DNA of 64,000 nucleotides from the human T2T-CHM13v2.0 reference genome, Homo sapiens: NCBI GenBank assembly GCA_009914755.4, contig CP086569.2, positions 17,280,001 to 17,344,000 of the forward strand, read 5' to 3'. Shown piece by piece: positions 51,141 to 64,000 of this stretch (position 1 is its first letter; each line of letters starts with the position of its first letter). The notes under the pieces were generated by a model. It saw only the letters and a program-made list of their open reading frames with translations, ran no database searches and was not told where the DNA came from. The position numbers and the translations under genes were made by a program.

Positions 51141-54100
51141 GAGGAGGTGTGTGTTTATTATTTGGAATTACAAATGGTTTTGTTTTGTTTAACTCCAGAT
51201 TTATTGAATGCAAATAGCAGCAAATTCTATATTATCAGATATGATATTGAAACAGGATAGTTCCCTGACCCTTTCAGGGGTGGGAATTGCAGTGCACAGG
51301 TGTCAGCAGGAGCGAACCCCACTCACTTGACCCACTGCGCTCCACCCCTCACCTATGACTCCTGAATCCCCAGAGAAGTGTTACAGTACCTTTTTAGCTT
51401 TGCCACCCATGGATGGCTTAAAAGTTAACAGCTCAGTGGAGGGTCAGTGCAACAGCCGTTTGCACTTACACTCTTGGCACCCAAGTCGTCCTGCATCCAG
51501 GAGGAAAGACGTCACACAAATGAATTGAAGGAGGTAAATGTGGGGATTTTATTGATGATGAAAGTGGCTCTCAGCGGGAAGAGAGATAAAACAGTGACAG
51601 AGAGGGAAAGTAATCTTCCCCTGGGGACAGTTGGACTCCTCACCAAAGCTACACTGTCAAGCTGTCCCTGTGAAGTCAAGCTGCATCTCTCTGATGTCCA
51701 ACCGTAGTCCCTGAGGTCCTGCTGCATCTCCTCTTCTCCTTTCTCTGCTTGCTGAGCCTGGGGTTTTTTCTGGGCACAGGAGCAGGATAGGGCAGACAAT
51801 GGGTGGTTTTAGAAAAGGCAACATCTGAGTGGGAAAGCAAGGATGTCAATTCTCACTGTCAGTTTCAGTGTTAGCCTTTTTGGCTTGAGGGTGAGGCCCT
51901 TGCCAGGGACCCACCCTCTTCTACCCAGAATTTACCTGCCTCCTGTTCCTATCAATATTTCATATTTAGTCAGTTACTTCATCTTTTTCACATGATGTGA
52001 GCATAGTAAGACCAGTGACCAAAATGGGCACATTTATATATCTACCTTTATAGATATTTCAATAGGTTATGTTCACAGTGAGCCACCAACTAGAAAACAT
52101 CATTGCAACATTGCACTTGTAGGAATTTGGAGATGTCCTAAGTGGTTAACTCTATTGAAAGGGTCACATAAGTGCATAGGATATTTCTGCTCTCTGATGA
52201 CCTATAGCTATTTAGACAATGTAGATAAATATACAGGCTCAGCCACAACGTGTTCTCAAGATATTTTGTTTGGCAGGAAACTACATTTCAGGGCATTAAC
52301 TACAATGCATGTAACGGGGTGAAATAGTTGAAATGATGCTGAAAGACAAAAGTTTCTGCTGTGCCAGAAACTTTCTGAGCCGCTATAGTTTAGGGCTGTC
52401 TGATTTTGGAATCTTTGATCAATTAAACTCTGTTAAATTTAATATACTGAAAGTTTTTATTTTAACAATAGTATACATATATATATACAGTGTATGTGTA
52501 TATATGTCTGTTTTTATATATAATGTGTGTATATGTGCATATATATCTAGTTTTATGTATATGATTATACATATATAGAATTCTACATATATATTTATCT
52601 GTAAAATGATTCCAAAAATATATAGAAAATACCATATATAAAATTCTGTATGTGTGTGTGTATATATATAATTCTATCTTATATTGTTTTCCTGCCAGCT
52701 GTCCCAGGGTTCATTCCTCTCTTTTGATGGGTCAACACATCCTAAGGTTTTTTTCTTGATTATATTCCTTGGGTACCCTGCAAACTCCTCTGGGGGAAAC
52801 TCCAGCCCTTAGAGCACTGGCTGCTCCTAGCAGTGTGCAGGAGGTGGTGCTAATACTTGGTGTGTTAAACAGACACTACTATGGCTCACAGCCAGTCTCA
52901 GGTGGAGATTCTTGTTCAAATTCCAAAATCAGCACTGAAGGGAAACATAAAATAGAAGTAGAAATCTCATCTCTGAAAAACACTGACTCTCTAGGTTAAC
53001 TCAGGGATCAGGTACTCTTTCTGCTGCCCCTTGTACCATGGAAGGTACATACTATAAAGACAACTTTAAAATATTCTTTTGAACCAAAAATGTAGACTAT
53101 TTCTCTCTTACATGAATATTTAAACAATTTCAAAATTAGTAAACATATATTCAAATATTGGACTGTTTTTGTGTTATTTCGAGTATAATCTTTTCAGATA
53201 TGCTCTTTGATTCTCTCTGGGATATAAAAATACAATTTTATTCACAATCTTGTAGAATCACTTAATAATTCCCATAGTCTGCCCATAGTTTCTTTCAGAT
53301 TTTTCTATTGACTGGATTGTGACACTTACGAATAATGTCCCATTTCTCTCCTTCTTCCCTATATATATAGATAATGTTTGTTTTTCCTTGAGTTACTTAA
53401 TTAAGATATCCAAAATATGATGAAGAGTGGCTAGTTAACTTATTCTCTATTTTTAAAATGTATTTTGCCATTATCATATCTAAATGAGATATTTTGCTGA
53501 TATTCTTGATCAGATTTAGGAATGTCTCTTTCATCTCTACTTTGCTAAACATTATTTTAGGCTGGCAGCCAAGATGGCCGAATAGAAACAGCTCCAGTCT
53601 ACAGCTCCCAGCATGAGCAATGCAGAAGACGTGTGATTTCTGCATTTCCATCTGAGGTACTGGATTCATCTCACTAGGGAGTGCCAGACAGTGGGCGCAG
53701 GACAGTGGGTGCAGCACACTGTGCATGAGCCAAAGCAGGGCGAGGCATTGCCTCACTTGGGAAGTGCAAGGGGTCAGGGAGTTCCCTTTCCTAGTCAAAG
53801 AAAGGGGTGACAGACGGCACCTGGAAAATTGGGTCACTCCCACCCTAATGCTGTGATTTTCCAATGGGCTTAAAAAACAGCACACCAGGAGATTATATCC
53901 CCCACATGGCTTGGAGAGTCCTACGCCCACGGAGTCTAGCTGACTGCTAGCACAGCAGTCTGAGATCAAACTGCAAGTCGGCAGCGAGGCTGGGGAAGGG
54001 GAGACCACCATTGCCCAGGCTTGCTTAGGTAAACAAAGCAGCCAGGAAGCTCGAACTGGGTGGAGCCCACCACAGCTCAAGGAGGCCTGCCTGTCTCTGT

Positions 54101-54583
54101 AGGCTCCACCTCTGGGGGCAGGGCACAGATGAACAAAAAGACAGCAGTAACCTCTGCAGACTTACATGTCCCTGTCTGACAGCTTTGAAGAGAGCAGTGG
54201 TTCTCCCAGCATGCAGCTGGAGAACGGGCAGACTGACTCCTCAAGTTGGTCCCTGACCACTGACCCCCAAGCAGCCAAACTGGGAGGCACCACCCAGTAG
54301 GGGTAGACTGATACCTCACATGGCCGGGTACTCCTCTGAGACAAAACTTCCAGAGGAACGATCAGACAGCAGCATTCACGGTTCATGAAAGTCCACTGCT
54401 CTGTAGCCACCACTGCTGATACCCAGGCAAACAAGGTCTGGAGTGGACCTCTAGCAAACTCCAACAAACCTGCAGCTGAGGGTCCTGTCTGTTAGAAGAA
54501 AAGTAACAAACAGAAAGGACATCCACCAAAAACACCTCTGTACATCACCACCATCAAAGACCAAAAGTAGATAAAACCACAAA

Positions 54584-55526
54584 GATGGGGAAAAAACAGA
54601 GCAGAAAAACTGGAAACTCTAAAAACAGAGCACCTCTCCTCCTCCAAAGGAACAGTTCCTCACCAACAACAGAACAAAACTGGATGGCGAATAACTTTGA
54701 CGAGCTGAGAGAAGGTGGCTTCAGATGATCAAACTACTCCTAGCTACAGGAGGAAATTCAAACCAAAGGTAAAGAAGTTAAAAACTTTGAAAAATATTTA
54801 GATGATTGTATAACTAGAATAACCAATACAGAGAAGTGCATAAAGGAGCTGAAGGAGCGGAAAGCCAGTGCTCAAGAACTACATGATGAATGCAGAAGCC
54901 TCAGGAGTCGATGTGATCAACTGGAAGAAAGGGTATCAGTGATGGAAGATGAAATGAATGAAATGAAGTGAGAAGGGAAGTTTAGAGAAAAAAGAATAAA
55001 AAGAAATGAACAAACCTCCAAGAAATATGGGACTATGTGAAAAGACCAAATCTATATCTGATTGGTGTACCTGAAAGTGATGGGGAGAATGGAACCAAGT
55101 TGGAAAACTCTCTGCAAGATATTATCCAGGAGAAATTCCCCAATCTAGCAAGGCAGGCCAACATTCAGATTCAGGAAATACGAGAATGCCACAAAGATAA
55201 TCCTCGAGAAGAGCAACTCCAAGACACATAATTGTCAGATTCACCAAAGTTGAAATGAAGGAAAAAATGTTAAGGGCAGCCAGAGAGAAAGGTCAGGTTA
55301 CCCTCAAAGGGAGGCCCATCAGAGTAACAGCGGATCTCTCAGCAGAATTTCATATCCAACCAAACTAAGCTTCATAAGTGAAGGAGAAATAAAATACTTT
55401 ACAGACAAGCAAATGCTGAGAGATTTTGTCACCACCAGGCCTGCCCTAAAAGAGTTCCTGAAGGAAGCACTAAACATGGAAAGGAAAAAGAAGTACCAGC
55501 CAATACAAAATCATGCCAAATTGTAA
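54584..55526 (+). pseudogene. L1 ORF1 remnant
   Basis: The ATG sits in ...aaagATGgggaaaaaacagagcag. The translation includes ...MKRPNLYLIGVPESDGENGTKLENSLQDIIQEKFPNLARQANIQIQEI... and ...LRDFVTTRPALKEFLKEALNMERKKKYQPIQNHAKL*. It is interrupted by in-frame stops. Confidence 0.8.
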
Positions 55527-55588
55527 AGACTATCGAGGCTAGGGATAAACTGCATCAATTAACCAGCAAAATAACCAGTAACATCATA

Positions 55589-59423
<3,835 letters not shown>

Positions 59424-60858
59424 AACAATGAGAACACATGGACACAGGAAGGGGAACATCACACTCTGGGGACTGTTGTGGGGTGGGGGGAGGGGGGAGG
59501 GATAGCCTTAGGAGATATACCTAATGCTAAATGATGAGTTAATGGGTGTACACACAAGCATGGCACATGTATACATATGTAACTAACCTGCACATTGTGC
59601 ACATGTACCCTAAAACTTAAGATATAATAATAATAAAATAAAAAAAACATTATTTTAAACACATCAATGCCTTTTGAATTTTATAATGATTCACACAATA
59701 TATAAAAATAATATTATATTTTTTCTCTTTTTATTTTAAGTTACATTGATTGCATTTTAAATAAATACTAGTTCAACTGATAGGAATTGCAAACAAAAGA
59801 GATTGAGGAATGATGAAAAGCAGGCCAAAACTAGCAGATGTTAACTCCTGAAAGGAGACACACTTGGTGGTTTACACATTTATACTTTGTCATTTAGCTT
59901 AAGAGCAACATAAGCTGGTGTGAGATAGACAATTAGAACTCAAAAAAAATCAATGTCATTTTTTTCTAGAGGTACCTCAATGGAATGTCTTGAAACAAAA
60001 GATTCATTGGATTAACAACTGTACTCAAGCTCTGGAATAGTGACTGAACTGTCAATTCCTGGTGGGAAATTTCAGGAGATCTCATCAAAACTAGCAGCAG
60101 AAGACTGAAACACTGAAGTGCTAGTTTCATTTGCTGCCACCCACAGGAAAGGGATTTTAGGGTTTGAGTCTTGATTAGTCAGAAGGTGCTCTTGTACATG
60201 GCACTAACTCCAAAAGTGTGGAGTTAAACTCCTGAAGTCCACACTTTAGGAGTTAATGCCATGTACTGGAGCTTATAGAATTGATCTAAGACTAACTGGA
60301 AAACCAAAAAACAAACACACTAACAAAAAATAAATCCAGTCCTTCACAGAACCAAGACTATCAACCAGTCATATAATAAGAATAAACAAAAATTGCTCGA
60401 AAGGTCATAAGTACCAAAATTCTCTGCAATACACAAGCCACCATGAAAAAGTAATAACTGTCTATTGCAAATACACAGACAATTATGGCCTGTATTCTAG
60501 AGAAAAAGCAGATAAAACAACTGAATCCAAAATATTGCAAATATTGAACTTAGCAATCAATTCCTTTAAAGCCATAACTACACGTATCTTCAAAGATTTA
60601 AAGGACAACGTGATCATAAGGAATGAATGACTGGGGAACTCATCAGGGTAAAGAAATATTTTTTTTCCTTTTTAATAATATGTTTAAAGGCATCTTATGA
60701 TATAAATTGTGTCATTTCATTGTAGAGTCATTAACATGTAGATATTAAGTTTATGGCAACCAGAGTACACATGGAGTTCATTTGGATTATACTAACATTC
60801 TTACTCATAAGTGAAGAGGAATAGTAATAATTACATTATTATAAGCTATATTAAATAG

Positions 60859-61150
60859 GCTGGGTGTGGTGGCTCACATCTGTAATTCTATCACTTTGGG
60901 AGGTTGAGCTACCGGATGGATCACTTGAGGTCAGGAGTTTGAGACCAGCCTGGCCAACATGGTGAAACTCCATCTCTTCTAAAAATACAAAAGTTAGCTG
61001 GGGCATGGTAATGCATGCCTGTAATCCCAGCTAGTCAGGAGACTGAGGCAGGAGAATCATTTGAACTTGGGAGGCAGGGATTGCAGTGAGCTGAGATTGT
61101 ACCACTGCACTCTGGCCTGGGTGACAAAGTGAGACTACATTTTGAAAAAA
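60859..61150 (+). mobile_element. Alu SINE
   Basis: ggctgggtgtggtggctcacatctgtaattctatcactttgggaggttgag through gcagtgagctgagattgtaccactgcactctggcctgggtgacaaagtgagactacattttgaaaaaa. Confidence 0.9.
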
Positions 61151-61484
61151 CAAATGCAAAAGAAAACATTCCATAGGCTATATTAAATAAAAGATACTTG
61201 TTTGCTTTCCTATATCAGCTAGAAAAGTAATTTTAAAAAGAGCTGTAGATAACCATTAGACAAATTACAACATTAAAAATTACTTGCACTCCTTGGGATA
61301 AGTTAGAAAGCTATCTACTGAGAAATGGAATTAATGGATCAGAAAAATAGAATCAATGGGCAAATATAAAATGAACAGAAAAATACTATACCTAAGCCTA
61401 CATGTATCATTAACTACATTGAATATAAATAGATACAATACTCCAATTAAAAGCAGAAATTGGCATTTTAAATTTTCTTAAAAG

Positions 61485-61775
61485 TACTCAAGTTATATAT
61501 GTATACATGTGCCATGCTGGTGCACTGCACCCACTAAATGTTGAGACAGCATCCCTAAGTGGGTGCTAAAACGTGTGCACACGGATGTAGAGAGTGGAAT
61601 GAGAGACAACAAAGACTCAGGCGGGTGAGGGGATGGATGAGAAATTACTAAACGGGTACGATACACGTTACTCGGGTGATGGATACCCACCCTAAGGGCC
61701 CTGACTAGACCACTACACAATCTACGCATGTAACCAAATTGCAGGTGTACCCCATAAGTTTAGATGAACTTTAAA
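61485..61775 (+). mobile_element. Older L1 (L1PB/L1MA-like) 3'UTR fragment
   Basis: cccactaaatgttgag...ctaagtgggtgctaaaacgtgtgcacacgg...gactcaggcgggtgaggggatggatgagaaattactaaacgggtacgatacacgttactcgggtgatggatacccac...gcatgtaaccaaattgcaggtgtacccc parallels the old-L1 3'UTR (...CTTATAAGTGGGAGCTAAACATTGAGTACACATGGACA...GGGTACTATGCTTATTACCTGGGTGACGAAATAATCTGTACACCAAACCC...CATGTAACAAACCTGCACCTGTACCCC). The short preceding inverted bit (61500-61535) is ambiguous. Confidence 0.5.
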
Positions 61776-63780
61776 AAGAGATTACATTTTTATGCTGATT
61801 TCTCCATATTTTCACCCATTTGGTTCATCATTTCCCCTAATTTACTTACCGTATTTATAATAATGATTTTAAAGTCTTTGTCTATCATGTCTAGTGTTCT
61901 CATTGGTTTTGTTTTATAAATAATCTGTTATTGCACATGTAATTTCTCCCTTGACCTCAGAGTTAATTTTCTTATTTCTAAGTGGTTAGAATTATAAATG
62001 ATCTTTATTAAAAAAAAAAAAGTACTCAAGTTAAAGTTTTCTAAAAGAAAAGCATGATTTCTTTTGTTCTCAACTTTTCATTTGATCCTTGTCACTGTCT
62101 GCCTGAGTAAGTTGCTGTATTTGTTTACTAGAACTGTGTTATGCATATGCTATCATCTGTTGGTCTATTATCTTGTTGATGAGCATCTGAGCTATTGTCA
62201 ACTTGAGGCTGTAATGAATGAAACTGAAATGAACATTCATAAACAAGTGTCTTTGTTTACATCTTATTTGAATTATCTTGGATAAATAACAAGTGAAATT
62301 TCTTGGTCATAAAAAGGACATATAAATTTCACACAGATGGCAAAGCATTTGCCCAAGGGGCTGAATCCATTTCTATTGCTACTTGCTTCAAAATGTGAGA
62401 GTCGCTGGTGCTCCATTATAAGAATGGTGCAGACTCTATGATTAAAAAAAAGACGGAAGAAGAGAAACATTTGCTTTATTTCTACAGGCCTGCCTTCATA
62501 AGCCTTTCTCAAAAGCCAATCTCAGACAAATTTGCCTAGTAAAATAAGATATTGGCATGAGTAAAATATAAAAACAGCAGCATGAACCGCTGCACCTGGA
62601 CTATTTTTATGCATTGTTGATCATTTTGTCCTTTTGCTTTTAACTAAGCTGTTTCAGAGGATATGCCAATGGAGGAAATTTAGAAAACATGAAAATTTAA
62701 GACAATAGGTGAAGTAAACTTGCAAGAACATGAAAATAGATTAAGGGATTGGGATGGCAAGGGAACAAGGAAAGAAGAGAGTAACAAATTAAGAACTGGA
62801 GATACAATCTGCAAACATGGTCATCAAAGGCAGGTTCAACCTGGCATGTAATTACTGTATCACTGTCACAACTCTTTCAAGTAGGTTAATTTATTTATTG
62901 AGTTGTAGACGTTATTATATCAGCCAAGAATGAGAACTGCATGCAAATGACTCTGTTCATCTCATGCAAAAGACAATCCTTAAGAATATAAGGAAGCAGA
63001 TGTGTTGCACAAAGTTTGAAATGATTCAGGCATATTTTAAATGCCACACAACATAGAATTAATGACTGTAACTTTTTAATAAAAATGTGTGCAATAGTCA
63101 TGTTTTCATTGTTTTAACTTAATAATAGTATATTTTATTTGCATCATAGGTATCTTAAAATTTCAAGGAAATAAAGTATAAGTGTTGAATACAACTTTCT
63201 AGGAAATGTCTCATAGCTTTTACTTTGCTTAATTTAAAATAAAATTTGGATCGCAGAACTATTAAGGTTCACATTCGAAGACTACCTTGATCATTTGGTA
63301 TTTGCATATTATCAAAAGATATCATTTGAAGAGTTTTACTTTTTTCTATAGCTCTTCAAACTAATAAATAAATGCATTTACATCTGCTTTAAGCTCACAT
63401 ATTCAAAGATAATGCTGACAAATACTAACAGAACTCCAACATCCTGTATTAATACTTTTAATTACAAAGCAAATGAGAAGATGAGACCCTAAAATTTCGT
63501 AGGAGAGGCAGAAATTAAAATGAAATACAGACATGAAGATCTAAATTATGCTGGTTTTCAAATATCGCTTATAGCATCAGAGGTCAGGAATTTATTGACT
63601 GTTGAGATTTTGGACGAGTTCATTATCATGTATGCATCTGATTCTTATAGATGTGAAATAAACATAAAAATAAATACCTACTCCATGGAGTTACTATGAG
63701 AATTCAATAAGTTAATAGTTGGTAAGTGATTGCAAGGATGCCTGGCAGGTAGTAAGATACTATTAACAACATATTAAGTT

Positions 63781-64000
63781 GCGGCGGTGCGCCATGGCTC
63801 ACGCCTGTAGTCCCAGCACTTTGGGAGGCCAAGGAGGGCGGATCACGAGGTCAGGAGATCGAGAACATCCTGGCTAACACGGTGAAACCCTCTCTCTACT
63901 AAAAATACAAAAAAATAAGCCGGGCGTGGTGGCGGGCGCCTGTAGTCCCAGCTACTCGGGAGGCTGAGGCAGGAGAACGGTGTGAACCCGGGAGGCGGAG
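63781..64000 (+). mobile_element. Young Alu (AluY-like), partial; it continues beyond the window end
   Basis: gcggcggtgcgccatggctcacgcctgtagtcccagcactttgggaggccaaggagggcggatcacgaggtcaggagatcgagaacatcctggctaacacggtgaaaccc...gccgggcgtggtggcgggcgcctgtagtcccagctactcgggaggctgaggcaggagaacggtgtgaacccgggaggcggag. It is near-consensus with most CpGs retained. Confidence 0.9.

Noticed and set aside
53397-54080. The longest ORF in the window (227 aa, minus strand)
   Set aside because: It lies antisense within the L1 5'UTR and reads out into the upstream flank. The L1 antisense ORF0 region is there, but this frame has no conserved domain, and its length is explained by the stop-poor GC-rich 5'UTR. Treated as chance.
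61500-61535. Short antisense-looking L1 3'-end string (gtatacatgtgccatgctggtgcactgcaccc) immediately 5' of a sense-orientation old L1 3'UTR fragment: a possible inversion
   Set aside because: It is too short (about 35 bp) to distinguish a twin-priming inversion from chance similarity or a separate tiny fragment. Needs RepeatMasker.

Overview
This window is primate, almost certainly human, nuclear DNA. It is AT-rich, intergenic-looking and dominated by transposable elements. I found no convincing host protein-coding exon, rRNA, tRNA or CRISPR. No six-frame ORF exceeds 230 aa, and the long ones are translations of Alu, L1, ERV or microsatellite sequence.

Main content:
- A full-length but degenerate class I (gamma-like) endogenous provirus on the + strand (38836-48052). 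It is HERV-W-related: its gag and env align to HERV-W/syncytin-1 protein sequence as I recall it. It has two 650-700 bp LTRs, an Arg-like primer-binding site, a polypurine tract, a 4-bp target-site duplication, and recognisable but interrupted gag-pro-pol-env.
- A solo LTR of the same LTR type about 35 kb upstream (3612-4300), one LTR17 (canonical HERV-W) solo LTR (19283-20066), and two LTR7-like (HERV-H-type) solo LTRs.
- A second, MLV-like ERV on the minus strand (about 7726-14300). It is heavily deleted internally (capsid, nucleocapsid, protease and env are missing) and has a candidate Gln-like PBS.
- A full-length, 13-bp-TSD-flanked but ORF-disrupted L1PA-type LINE-1 (53560-59644), plus three shorter L1 fragments.
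- At least 14 Alu elements of mixed age, including a young AluY running off the window end.
- MaLR LTRs, including a THE1-like element nested in an MLT1.
- Several microsatellites and one about 340-bp near-identical local duplication.

No novel prokaryote-style system is present. The items worth a second look are structural and regulatory features of the ERV cluster. Family names are assigned by eye and should be confirmed with RepeatMasker/Dfam.
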